Shown: positions 22,952 through 36,157 of the stretch, piece by piece
Numbering within the stretch: position 1 is the stretch's first letter
Layout of the letters: each line of letters begins with the position of its first letter
From: Chlorokybus atmophyticus
Taxonomy: Eukaryota > Plantae > Mesostigma and Chlorokybus algae
Assembly: GCA_009103225.1 (NCBI GenBank)
Contig: RHPI01001202.1
Location: 305,206-369,205 of the forward strand
Length of the DNA stretch: 64,000 bases
Reading direction: 5' to 3'
The notes under the pieces: model-generated
Databases searched by the model: none
Told to the model about the DNA's origin: nothing
What the model saw: only the letters and a program-made list of their open reading frames with translations
Program-made: the position numbers and the translations under genes

Positions 22952-25900
22952 ATGGGCACACCATGTACAGCATTGATTGATACTGGTGCAAATCATAACT
23001 TTGTTGAACATGCTTGGGTGAAACGTAGTAACATACCTTTCACACCAGTCACGTCGTATGTACGTGCTGCTGGTTCCACCCTCCATGCAATTGGGGAGGT
23101 GAAGGGGCGTTTTGTTATTAACAGCCACAAGACTCGACCAGCTTTTATCGTGGTGAATATATGTATCCCCGGGGTGGATGTTGTTTTGGGTGAACAGTGG
23201 CACACCGCAGCAGGTTTGCAATTGGACTCTCGAGCAAATACGTGCACCCTTCGTAAGGGTAAACGTAAGATGACGTTAACCGCACCTGTACTCGCACGTA
23301 TTGCTCGCGACAATGTTCCGCTCCTCTATGCTATGCAACTAAAACGTTGCATGCGCGAACGTGAGGAAGTATATTTGATGCACTTACGACAGGTAGAAAC
23401 ACTTGTTGCACAAGCCGTAACTGACCCTGTGGTGCAATCACTTACGGAACAATACGCAGTTGTATTTCAGGATGAACTCCCGGAGTTGCCTCCTTATGGA
23501 AACATACATCATACCATTCTGTTAAAAGAGGGGGCAAAGCCACCTTGGCGGCCTATCTATAGGCTAAGTCCCTTAGAATACGCGAAAATGGAAAAACAGC
23601 TCAAAGAGTTATTGAACAAAGGTTTGATAACAAAGAGCATATCTCCTTTTAGTGCACCAATTTTGTTTGTGCCCAAAAAGAATGGCAAGCTACGCATGTG
23701 TATTGATTACCGTGCGTTGAACAAGGTAACTGTGAAAAACAGATTCCCTTTGCCTCAAATTGATGATTTGTTTGATAAGCTGTTAGGTGCAACAGTGTTC
23801 AGCACATAGGATTTGACCAGTGGGTATCATCAAATCAAAATCCACCCGTCAGATATACAAAAAACTGCATTTCGCACCCCACTAGGACACTTTAAGTATA
23901 AAGTGCTACCATTTGAGTTGACAAATGCACCAGCTACATTTAAGGCAGCAATGAACGCGGTATTTGCTGATGAATTGTACAAGTTTGTAATGGTATATCT
24001 TGACGACATTATTGTGTTCAGCAAAACCCGGGAGGAACACCACAAGCATGTGGAATTGGTTCTAGCTAAGTTACGCGAACACAAATTCTATGCCAACCTG
24101 TTCAAATGCAACTTTGCAAAGGATGAACTACCCTTTTTAGGGCATGTGATTGGCAAAGAACGATTGAAACCAGATCCTCAAAAGGTGTGTGCGGTGAAGG
24201 ATTGGCCACCACCCAATGATGTACATCAGTTACGTGCTTTCTTGGGGCTAGCCAATTATTTCCGCAAGTTCATGCGAGCATATTCCAGCATGGCAAATCC
24301 TTTAACATCTGTACTGAGAAAAGATGTTAAATTTGTGTGGACAGAGGCACACGAGGTTGCTTTTACACGCATTAAAAATGCATTAACACAAGCCCCTGTG
24401 TTAGCCTTCCCCGACCACACCAAGCCTTTTGTGGTGATAAGTTATGCTTCCACCATTGGGTGTGGGGCAGTCCTTCTACAGGATGACAGACCATGTGTAT
24501 ATGAAAGCAGAAAGTTCATTCCTGCTGAACGTAATTACACAACCACTGAGCAAAAATTGCTTGGGGTGGTGCACGCGCTGCGCACATGGCGTTGCTACTT
24601 GGAAGGTGTGAAGTTTTCAGTGATTACTGATCACAACCCGCTCACATTCTCATTACGCAACACAACCTGTCGAGGCGGCAAGCTAGGTGGAATGAATTCA
24701 TTTCTCGTTTCACTTTCACTTGGCAATACCGTCCCGGTCGCACCAATGTGGCGGATCCACTAAGTCGTAGCCCTGCTCTTTTTGCACTTACGCGCTCTTG
24801 AAGTATGCGTAATGTGCAACAGCCTGAAGATCCTTTCCTAAAGGAAGTGTCCACAGGTTTTAACTCAGATGATTGGTTTAACAGTCACACCAACTTGCAA
24901 CAGCTTACTGCTGTTAGCAATCTGTGGTATAAAGGGGAGCTAGTAGCAATTCCCAACTCGGGCGACTTGCGTAAGCAATGCTTACATTCAGTGCATGACC
25001 CGCCGTATGCTGGGCATTTGGGGAAACATAAAACACTCAAAGCGACGCAACAATTATACTGGTGGTCATCAATGTCAGCTGATGTGGATCAATATGTTCG
25101 CGCATGTGACGTGTCAACGTAATAAGCCACTACGACAAAAACAAGCGGGATTGCTTAAACCATTGGTAATTTCAAAGCAAAAGTGGGGTAGTGTCAGTAT
25201 GGATGTGATTACTGACCTACCTAAAACAGCAGCCAAATACACTGCTATTGTGGTTTTTATCGACCGTTTGACCAAAATGGTGCATTTTGCCCCGTGTTGC
25301 ACAACTGTAAGTGCACGGGACTTAGCACATTTATTTCTGTCCACGGTCTTTCGAGTTCACGGTGTACCGCGTGAGCTTATCACAGATATGTGCATCCTCG
25401 GTTTGTCTCCAAGTTTTGGAGAGAAGTCTGTAAGTTGTTTGGGGTAAAACAAAGCATGTCGATTGCTTTCCACCCGCAAACAGACGGACAAAGTGAGCGA
25501 GCAAATCAAATACTAGAGGAAATGCTTCGCCACTATGTGGCTCTTAACCATGCTGATTGCGACAGTCACTTGCCAATGGCAGAGTTTGTTGTGAACAACG
25601 CGTGGCAGGAAAGTGTAAAGGAAACCCCATTTTTCTTGAATTATGGGATTCGCCCGAACACACCAGCGTCATTGTGTGTACCTCGCAATGCCCTGACTGT
25701 ACCAGCGGCAAAGGAATTTGCCACTAATATGCAAGAAAATTTGGCTCGAGCCAAGCTATGTCTGTCAAGCACAGGCAAAAAGCTTATGCCGATACACATC
25801 GAAGAATGGCCACTTTCGATGTCGGCGTTTTGCTTAACGCAAATAACATAACCATCAAAGGTACGGGTGCTCGCAAGTTGCTGCCCCGATGGTTAGGTCC

Positions 25901-26237
25901 TTTCTCTATCACTCATAGAGTTGGTACGCACGCTTATCGACTGCAATTGCCCCCAAGTGTGCGTATACACAACGTGTTCCATGTGAACTTGTTAAAACCT
26001 TACCGCTCAGACGGTAAAACACAGCCTCCACCACCGCCAGTTGAGGTGGACAACGAGCTCGAATACGAGGTGGAAGCTATATTGAACCATAAGCTAAATA
26101 GTCGCAGACGCGCAACTCGCTATTTGGTGAAATGGAAAGGGTATGGCCCAGAACATAACAGTTGGGAGCCCGACAGGCATCTTAAGCACTGCCGCGAGTT
26201 GCCTCAAGCTTATTGGGATTCACGTCCTGTCCCATAA
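22952..26237 (+). pseudogene. Chromovirus pol: aspartic protease, RT, RNase H, integrase, chromodomain (stops and frameshifts)
   Basis: ALIDTGA; [11 protein letters not shown]; MVYLDDII; SYASTIGCGAVL; HDPPYAGH...RACD (HHCC); SMDVITDLP; PQTDGQSER; EYEVEAILNH...YLVKWKGYGPEHNSWEP. Confidence 0.95.
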
Positions 26238-26371
26238 ACTGTGGGCTTGGTTTTATGACAGACTGGCAGTGCAGTTTCATTACCACCCTGTCATTTCCTG
26301 CTATCTCACTGATTACAATTATACGAAATCAAGTCTGATCAACTTGAGTGCAACGAGGTCGTTGAAAACCT

Positions 26372-26908
26372 AAGTGGGGGGGAATGTAACGGGAGCAATA
26401 ATAATAGGGGTGTTATTGCTAACTAAATAACACATTCTGTATGAATAAATATCTAAATATGCTTATTTATACCTCTTTTCTATGGTTCCTCGCTCATTAT
26501 AGGCTATGTTGCTTTATCATAGCTTAAATAAGTCCCAATGGGTGTAGAACCGCTTATTCAAGCCTATTTAGTGTCACATGTGATAAAATGTGATCACTAT
26601 CTCGTTAGGTACCTTACGATAGGTATCTTTCAATAGGTACCTTATCGATAAGTACCTTATATGAGCTGTGATTGGCTCACGCTAGTTTTCCTAACTACCC
26701 AATCTGTAGGGTCGATGTCTAGTTGTGAGTTAAATCGGGAGGTATATATTTGATATACTCTTGATATAGAAGGTCACATCAAACTAATGTGAGGGACTTT
26801 CAGTTCTCTGCTCAGTGGCGGCCACGCCGCAAAAAGGCTTGTCATAGGCGGTGTGGGTGATGGGTAGAGGATTGAAGGGGCATCACCGGCGACGGTGGTG
26901 CTGTTACA
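26372..26908 (+). repeat. Polypurine tract (26372-26384) and 3' LTR (26385-26908, 524 bp)
   Basis: aagtgggggggaa immediately precedes TGTAACGGGAGC; the LTR ends GCTGTTACA followed by TSD CTTAC. Confidence 0.96.
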
Positions 26909-29900
26909 CTTACGGAATGGCTATCTTGTAGGGCGCACTTTGGAAACGAATATGTGGCTAGTGGCTTACCGCGTCCCTATTTCTTAGGTATGCAAATCAC
27001 TCTTGTATCAGCCCCGTTTTTATTTCCTCACAGTGTTCGGTATTACACTGGGCCTAGAACTTTACCTCAGTACCTTCGAAAACGCATGATGTCAGCATTC
27101 TCAGTGTTCACACTATACAAACCATATATTCTACTTATGTGTTAAATATGTCAAGCTGTTGTGATTACCAACCATTATAGAGAAGTGTGCCTGGAAAAGT
27201 CAATTGCAGAATATATATGAGGAAATTTTTAAGAGCCAATGAACAGGAGGTTATGCGTAATATACTTAAGTTTACAATACCGGGTAGTATGGCTGATACA
27301 CCTGCTTGGCATTGCAAATCTTTCTGATCTTATTGCAATGGTTAACAAGCTGGGTATGCCACACATGTTTTTGACATTACTTGCTGATAAAGTCAGCAAT
27401 ACGAGATGGCAAGAGATTAACAGTTCTGATGCATTTATCTCACGTGTTAATAATATATTTACATGGCGGGACACTCCTGTTGAATGTGCGAGATTGTTTG
27501 TAACACGCTTATACGCTTAAGTAAGGGAGTATATATTTGGTATATTATCTCACGAGACGAAATTGTTGGGACGCGTACTTGATTATGTGATTTCTCTAGA
27601 AGTTGAATATCGTGGTAGCGTACACGCACATATCATCTAATGGTTGCATGCTGATGATGTACAATACGTTTGTGACGAAATTTTAGCATGCATATCAGGC
27701 AAGCTCACAACCGCTGGTGTTGAACGTCCGCAAAGTTACACAACCAAAGCAGATGTTGTTTGATTTGGTCCAACGCAAGCAATTACATAAATGTGATGTT
27801 TTTGAATCAGGCTGCCGATCAAACAGTAAACCTTATTATTATGGTTTTCATTCGCTGTACCGCCTGTATTCGATCCATGCACACGACATTATCTATACTA
27901 TCGTTTAGACGAAGCTGATCTCAATGTTGTGCTGTATCACCCAGATATACTATTGCTATGGGGTGCTCATATGAATATTCAACGCATTATATATGATGCT
28001 TGATCTTACTATATTCTTAAGTTTGCAGTGAAGTGTGAACCAGTTGGACGACTCCATATACAACCAGATGATGCCAGAGATTTGGGTTTGCTTGGTCTGA
28101 GTGATAGTGAGTTACGGGTTGTATCTGCACAAGTGTTGTCAAGCCTTCTGTGGGACTTACTCACCGGGCCAGTAAGTCCCACAGAAGCAGCACTTTTGTG
28201 TTTAGAGATTTGCACAATTGATAAGAGTCGTACTATCTACGGGATCAACTCATCACCACCTGATATGCGATTAAAAACAATATCTGCTAGTTCTCAACCT
28301 CCTGTTCCATCGCTTGTGGATATATACTGTGCTCGGCCTCATGAGTTGATTGACATTACACTCTACTGCTATTTTAAACAGTACACATCGGGAAAAAAGG
28401 GCTTGGACAAGAAACGTGGAGAAGTTGATCGGTGTGGATTCCTTGGAAAGGGTCGTGCATCAATTGAAACAGCTGCTTCTTGTGCGATTCGAATTTTCAT
28501 CTAGCTTATCAGATGGAAGCATTTTTTTATAATTATCTTTTAAAACACATATGCTTTCGAAATGAATCCGAACTATTAAGCGCTAACAACCTGGATCGGT
28601 CATACCACATTGAATGTGTACTTCGTAGTTTCGTATCTTACAATGAAGAAGTTAAAAGATGTTGTACGCACCTACGCGGTGTACAATCTCCATAATGATG
28701 CACAGATACAGAAATTGTTAAGTCAAGTACATGAACGCATCAATGGTCGTAACCCACTGCAAGGTTCTGGAAGTGCATCACACAATCTCTATGTATTGAT
28801 TGTTGAATTCGTTGGATCCAATAAGTTATCTCAACGAATTTGCCCATCTTCAACATACGGCACATGTTGTGTTGACAGAAATTGTAATGGGTGTAGCAGG
28901 ATTACATATAACATGTGGACCACCTGGATGTGGGAAAACTTTCTTAACTCAGCATACTATCAATCAATATCGTTCACAAGGTGTTGTCTGTTCGGTAAAA
29001 GCCTCAACAAGAGCAGCAGCTTGTCGCTTGAGTACTAGTGCTAAGACTGTGCATACAGCCTCTGCAATCAACCCCAACCGTGTCTATCTTACACCCATTA
29101 CTTCTACAATCACAGTGTTTCAAGTATTGTCATAATGTCGCGTGTTCATTATTGATGAGATTTTAATGTTACTAGCAACGCTATTCAATTACATCATCAG
29201 CAAAAATACAACAGGTGCATAACGCTATTGGGCAATATTTAAAGTTTCACGAATTGTTACAGAACATTCAGGTAATCTTGATAGGAGACCTCAAACAGTT
29301 ACCACCCGTATGTTATCGCAGAACTGAAGATGTATGTATGACATGTTTATTGGTAATGCACATTTACTACGAACCGCTAAGGTGCATAACTTGAAGATAT
29401 CGATGCGTCACGCAACTGACTCCGATTTTAAATTGTTCCTCAACAAGATACAATTCAACACACCGATACAAGAGGACGTTGACGCAATACTCGGTACGTG
29501 CTACATCAATGAGAACACAGTTGAAGATCTGATATCAAGTGAAACCACAATACTATGTTCACATGTGGCTGATGTTAATGCATACAATACACTCAAACTT
29601 ACAAGACTGTTTTAAGCTTCATTGATCATAGATGTTCATGTACATTCCAATGCAAGGCACATTCTTGAGCTTCAACAATGGGTACAAGAACCGCGTTTTC
29701 ACGTTCTCACAAAGTTAGCCATTGGGGCAAAAGTTATGGTAATATATAATCTGAATGTCGAGGAAGGCGTGAGTAATTGAGTGTGTGGAACTGTGGCACA
29801 TCCACACATTGAAGGTGCTCAGGTTGTCAGTATTACAACCGCGTTGCCATCAGGTCATACTTAAATAAAAAAGAGTACTGTACAAAAAACGCATCCAATT

Positions 29901-30145
29901 GGTGTGACATATTACAGCGCACGTTTTCGGTAATATTGGGGTATGCATTGACAATACACAAGAGTCAGGGAGCTACACTATCGTCACACACTATACATGT
30001 GAAGGAAGCGTTTTGTCCAGGGTTGCGGTATGTTGCTTTATCTCGTGTCACACACAGATGGTTGCTTAACATTGTCGGAAAGCCTTCAGCATACGAGATG
30101 AAACCCATACCATGGAACATATAACTGCACTTACAGACATCCATC

Positions 30146-31264
30146 ATGACTTCCATTGACGAGCAATTGGATGACATCTTCAACACCATGAATAAGGACA
30201 TTGCCAGTCAAGTTCGGGTGCCCAAGAAAACCTTGTCTCAGAAGCAACGTGGTTCGCTGGATGGTGGAGGCATCGAGCCAACTGAGTATCAACATGACAA
30301 CCTCAACATGGAGGAACTCAACGTATTGTTTGACAAAGCGCGTGCTGATCATGATTGCTTTACAGCTGAGTCTGCCATAAACCCTGCGCCAGGTAATACT
30401 TTGCATTGTTGACTCTGTATTCTTTGGTTGACTCTTGTGCCATGTTAATTATTGTGGCGGCTAAACATGATCGCATTCTTGGTCACAGGTACCATAAAAT
30501 ACTTTCTACGTCGAGTCGGCGTCACCCTGAATGCCAACACCACTAGAGATGAAGCATATTCTGCTTGGTGGCGTCAATTTGCTTTGAAGCCATGGCAACT
30601 TTACGAGCTGGTAATTACATTCAAGCGCGCATTGCTCAGTGCAAAGCGATACACACAGAAAAGGCTGACAAGATTATCGAGGCATTATTGGAAGCCCAAA
30701 TGAAGGCTGAAGGTACTCAATTGTGTCCACATTCTCCTGATGATAATGTGCACAGCTGGTTCGCATGAATCAATATAAATCAGTACAATACCTTGCATAT
30801 AACATATACTGCAATCCGCAGGTCAACGTGCAGCGGAAGACGGCGACATTGGCGTGAACAATGGACAGTATACACCAGCAACACCCATTGCCGTTCCACC
30901 GACAAAAGGGCAAAAACTCAAAGTGAAATCCAACTACACTGTACCGAATTATCTTCAACTCTACCGGGAATTCCTACATCGGCCAAACCATAACGTAAAG
31001 CGGCGGCTGCAACAACACTTAAGAAACCCACCTAAACTACTGGCTCGCGATCTACAGCCAGGTGTACCACTTAATGAACAATGTACCATAGAGCATTTAC
31101 GCATGGTAGATAGTAAAATAGATGCTGATCGGGTAGAGGCGCATTATATCAAGGTTTATAATGCAATAGGCAACAGTGGCTACAGTACCTTGAGAGGTCG
31201 ATTAGGATTCGACAATAAGTTCTGGAAGTTATTGAGAACCTCAAAGTTAGGGACACAACAGTAG
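30146..31264 (+). pseudogene. Three-exon gene ending in a GIY-YIG endonuclease domain, directly downstream of and co-oriented with the Helitron helicase
   Basis: Introns at ~30393-30488 and ~30713-30821. An alternate frame reads LYRIIFNSTGNSYIGQT (~30939-30989); the main frame then reads NVKRRLQQH...ADRVEAHYIKVYNAIGNSGYSTL. Confidence 0.75.
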
Positions 31265-31336
31265 TATATAATTTTAATCAGAGTTTACCGAGTTAATACA
31301 ATTCAATGCTCATTTTCTTGATAAGTGTTTATATGC

Positions 31337-31595
<259 letters not shown>

Positions 31596-32405
31596 NCAAT
31601 ATACGTGTTACAAATCTGCACATGCAGACTAACATACGCACACTGCACTTACTAGCGAATATGAATGCCACATAGAACCCATCCCAATGCGCATATTACT
31701 ATACAACATATGCATGCTTCGCCGCACATGTCTTTAATGATTGAGCATCAACCACAGCAACTACTAACACACAATGTGCACTGCTACTGACTTGGACAAA
31801 CGTGCATACACAACACGTCCTGATCGTAGTTGACCATGGTTTCCCGCCACCGCCGACATCGCCGCTGAATGTTGCACCCGCATCAACTGCATGTGCCTGT
31901 GTCAAGGCACTGTTACAGACATCGGATATGTGTCACATGTCTGCGCAAGCACACGCATGCTCACACAAACACATATGACAGGGTGTGAAGCCACTGAAGC
32001 CATTGAGTGTCGTTGAGGGTGGTGTGTGTGCAGCATGGAGTGTACATAAAATGAGAGCGGTGGCGTGCAACTGTGCATGCAACTTGCAAATTACACACAC
32101 ATGGGCACATATGATATGTATATGACAATGTTGGCCTAATTAGCAGACACTGTGTGTCGTAGGCTGTATATGTGTGAATATACGCACTGTGGCTGGGTGG
32201 TGTGTTGAGGTTAACAGTGGATTCGAAGGGTGTGCAAACGCATAACCTGACAGGACATAACCTGCGAACATGCATGCCGCAGCGTGCGTGATGCGCTTCC
32301 GCGTACATGTGTATGGTTGGTGTGCATCATACAGTGTGCACCACTATGAGACGGCCAGGTGCGTGCAACTATTACTATGTCACATTTGCACATCCTGATG
32401 TCGTG

Positions 32406-32689
32406 CTCTATACACTGCATAAATCCGTTCACACACACTGGCAACTGCAATAGATTACACACACATGTAAACACCTTGTATAGTTATTATATATATTTAT
32501 ATTTAAATATATATATATTTACTTACTTATAACGGACACTAATCCCGCACACTGTTTCGTCTCTACGCACTGCATAAACCCGTTCACGCACACTGGCAAC
32601 TGCAAAGCATTACACACACATGTAAACACCCTGTATAGTCCACCACCGGTGACTTATAACGGACACCAATCCTAGACACTGTTTCGTCC
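32406..32689. repeat. Two-copy ~130-155-bp tandem duplication
   Basis: cactgcataaa.ccgttcac.cacactggcaactgcaa...ttacacacacatgtaaacacc.tgtatagt and acttataacggacac.aatcc...cactgtttcgtc each occur twice; copy 1 has an AT-rich expansion. Confidence 0.85.
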
Positions 32690-33735
32690 TGGTCCACCGC
32701 CACCATCACCGCCGCGACCGCTGCCTGCCGCTGTGTGTACCCTAGACGCACCGACGGGGAGCGGGGGGAGACTGACTATAGCAATAAATATAAAAGGCGC
32801 CGTTCGATCAAATACTAGATCGCACGATTGGAAGTCATGGGTCGCACGATGGTTCACGCATCTCATGGCGCCGCGACTCGCGACGTGGGTGCGCCGCGTT
32901 GCAGCACCCCCAGCTCACGACTGAGGCAAGCCTTCCCAATGAGTCATTAGGCCATACAAAGTAATATTGACCAGCTGATGCGTCAAATGCGTGCATGCGC
33001 ATGTGAACATGGACACTTATGACACGTCGTTGTATCGATACCTATTCATAACAGCCATATGCGCGCAGGGGCATTATGATCAAGATATCATGTGTTACCA
33101 TGTGTGTGTTGTTCCTTGCATCAGCAAAACCGGATAAAGTGTTCAATAAGTTTGCGGTATTATATTGTAACAGATATCAGGGTTCGGCGGCCCCGTAACC
33201 CCAATCCTTTTTGCCTGCGGCAGGCAAAGAGGATTAGGGAGGTTAGCATTATGCGGTATCGAGCCCAGCTCAGCAGTATCATATCATATGCATTAAAAAA
33301 CGACTTTGTAATAGTGTATGTATTACGGAACAATCTATGATGTATAGTGTGCGTATACATACATTAATATAAAGCCGCATTTGTACTTTGCATGAACATG
33401 TCTTTGATGCCATGGTACAGCTGCTGCGTGACATGCAGCGTGATGGGTATGCCATGACGCTCATGTTAGCTAAGTTGCGCGAGAAAATATTTCGTATATC
33501 ATGCCATGTGTATGAAGGAGATTACAGGAGGTTGTACGCGCAAGTGGCAACTTGCCACCTTGAAGGAGGTGCACGGCTCCTCGTTGAAGGTGCAGAGTTA
33601 ACACGGCACAGGTGAGTGAGGTAAGTGTCAGTACTCACGGTGTGGGGAGCAGTGCAACTGCTAGCACCATGAATCTATGTGTCTAGCCCTGATGGTAATC
33701 AATGCTTGACGTGTTGTGTGGTTGCGTATTGTGAC

Positions 33736-34348
33736 TGCTACGGATATGTATAGATCGTAACAAGCCTCACTCATGGCAGCGACTTTTACTGCCATTGCCT
33801 AGTAATCGGAACCCCCTTGGTTACACTGGTATCGAAGCTTGAGGTCATGGGTTTAATTCTCGTTGAGGATAGAGCACACGACAGTTTTTAAAGATCTAAT
33901 GGAAATATGACGCAAATGGGCGACTTGCCCTGGGCTGGACGTGGGTTCGCGACCCGCGCGCTGAGCTAGTTTGCCTCCAACCGCGTGAGCAGTTGCATAC
34001 GATAGCAGGTTGCGTCGTAAGACGGCGAGGGTGGCCAGTGTCAGGTCAGTAGAATATTGATTATATGGGCCGGTGCCGATAGATCGTGGGCGGATCGGTT
34101 GTAGGCGGCCGTGATCACAGCAACGCAGGCTAAACCCTCGAAAAAAAAAAACGACGGGTCAAGTTTGGAAGGAATGTTACGGATTTGTATAAATCGTACC
34201 AGGCCTCACTTATAGCAGCAACTTTTGCTGCCATAGCCTAGTGGTCGGAACTGTCACAGCCCACTCGACCACAAAAGACTTGGTGCTTTTACGATCGATT
34301 TGTGGTTACTGTATGTACTTTCCCGTTACAAGAACCCCCTTTGTTACA
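33736..34348 (+). mobile_element. TRIM (terminal-repeat retrotransposon in miniature) with 90-bp LTRs
   Basis: 5' LTR 33736-33825 (TGCTAC...GTTACA). PBS tggtatcgaagc at 33827. 349-bp non-coding interior. PPT ttggaaggaa 34165-34174. 3' LTR 34175-34251 plus 34336-34348, also 90 bp. Decayed TSD gtgac/atgat. Confidence 0.85.
34252..34330. mobile_element. 79-bp solo-LTR-like insertion inside the TRIM 3' LTR
   Basis: TGTCAC...GTTACA bounded by ggaac/agaac. Removing it plus one copy of the 5-mer restores the TRIM LTR to match the 5' LTR. Confidence 0.7.
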
Positions 34349-36157
34349 ATGATTAAATGTTGCTGAATGCTGAGTGTTGGTCTAAGTCCTAGTTGATGCT
34401 TGTGGTGCGGTGTGATTGTGTTATGTGTGACTAAGTATGACTGAGTGTGATTGAGTGTGGTTGAGTGCTAAGTGTGATTAAGTGTGGCTGAGTGCTGAGT
34501 GTGATTGAGTGCTGAGTACTTACTGCTTGGAGACACTTGCAGTATGAGACTCAGCGGCACTATGAGACTCCAAAAAATGTCCGTTTACAAAAAGACTGCG
34601 CGATACATCTGTGCAGAAGGACTGCAGCCGTTTTGCTGCGTCTATCCCTATCACTGCGGTGGCGGCGCTGCCGGCCACTCACAGCACTGCACAGCACCAG
34701 CATTCCCGCCTCGCCACACCCTATCTTGCTGCTGTTGCTGTGACCAGCTATTGCTGCGTTGCTACTAGCTTAGTAATGTCCCTGCTGCGAAAGACATCGC
34801 TTCTAACAGTGGCCTTCTTGTCCAGGTCGCCTTAACTGCTTGCTACCGTTTGCCTTGCCCTGCTTTGCCTACCTGCCATGCATTGCACATAGTCGCACGC
34901 ATTTAGCTTGCCTAGTTGCCCCGGCCCGTGGTAATTGTAGTTTGCTGGTGTGGCTGACTGAGTGTACAATCTATAACATGCAAGGATTGTGGCATACATG
35001 AAAATGTGACACTCACAAGCATGAGCAGTCTACGCACCACACCATGCAGCACTCATTAACCAACGGGCTGCTAACATAGCTGCTACCTACCTTCTCTACT
35101 GCCCATACCCCATTAGACATGCATGCATGCATGCGTGCGTCATCACCTGCACATGCACCTTGGTCAGCGGCCTTCTTGCAGCAGCAGCGGCCACACCAGC
35201 AGCAGGACTCAACGGACTCCCCCTCCCGCTTCATTTACGGCCCCGCCGCCATCTCCGCCAGCCTCCTATTGCTGTCTTGTCAACTGCCGGCTTAGGGTTT
35301 TGTTTGTCATGCCAAATACCTTCGCATGCCAGTCCTCCTCGAGCATGCATACATACAGCCCCAACCCTCGGCTACCAACATGAAGACCGCGCGCGCCCCA
35401 GCCTACTGCTAGCTACTTCGTACTTCATGTAGCATGTAGCTAGGGCTACTCTATAGACCTTTGTAGGAATCGTGTGTAGCTGATTAGTTAGGAATCTGTT
35501 ATTAGCTCATGTGCTATATCAAGTCTTAGGGAATTTTCATAGTATCATACGGCCTCGATGTGACCGTTGGCCTTGTGCCCGCGCGGCAATGCATAGTCAT
35601 GAGTTGACATGTATAAGTAGGAGGTTATGTCACTAGACTCGCTGGTGACACTGTGAGTGAGTACCAAGAGTAAAGACTCTGACTTTAGAGCTTGTGAAGC
35701 GACTTAAACTGTAAGCACATTGTCCTGGTTGCCAAGAACTGCCTTACTGCGTAAGACACAGTGTATGCTCTTGTGCGCTGTGCTTATTATTGCTGTGAGC
35801 TTGGCGGTCATGTGCTTGCTGCATCAGTCAGAGCGTAGCATCTCTGAGGTGCTTGTTCATTCACCTCACTTAATAGTGTATCACATCATCCACTCATGCA
35901 AAGCACTGTGTATACAGCATTGCCTATCGTAGTGGCTTGTTTACTCATAGTATCACCCTCTTTGCTCAATTGAGTGCGTCACATTCTGCATCAGATAGTG
36001 CGATTTGTATCTAGGGAAACATCTCTGTGCATTCGTTATCACTGTCATCACATAGTGCGCACACAAGCACTAGTATGGTGAGTGGTAGCAGCATCAAGAC
36101 AAATAGTAGAGCACAAACACTCTACCCTGCATACACTTTCACCTGTGGACTACCTGT

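Larger units (their letters stand above)
19926..26908 (+). mobile_element. Full-length but decayed Ty3/gypsy chromovirus LTR retrotransposon
   Basis: Two TGTAAC...GTTACA LTRs, identical 5-bp TSD CTTAC (19921-19925 and 26909-26913), PBS, PPT, and gag-PR-RT-RH-INT-chromodomain order. Confidence 0.97.
19322..30124 (+). mobile_element. Decayed Helitron Rep-helicase coding region (19322-19925 and 26914-30124), interrupted by a chromovirus insertion
   Basis: Rep motifs PHMFLTL (~27357) and VEYRGSVHAHII (27601-27636). PIF1-helicase motifs GPPGCGKT (~28917), IIDEI (~29148), IGDLKQLPPV (~29280), GYALTIHKSQGATL and YVALSRVT (29939-30050). Many stops and frameshifts. The left part has a YVCSNC...P.L-type region typical of Helitron N-termini (weaker support). 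Termini were not identified. Confidence 0.88.

Noticed and set aside
22139-23809. TAG reassignment (alternative genetic code) to explain the in-frame stops
   Set aside because: Long host exons contain no internal TAG/TAA, host genes end in TAA, TAG and TGA, and the residues expected at the four sites differ.
32400-34520. CRISPR-like or tRNA-gene interpretation of spaced repeats and A/B-box-like motifs
   Set aside because: The repeats are two-copy duplications or LTRs without unique equal-length spacers, and no complete cloverleaf could be folded.
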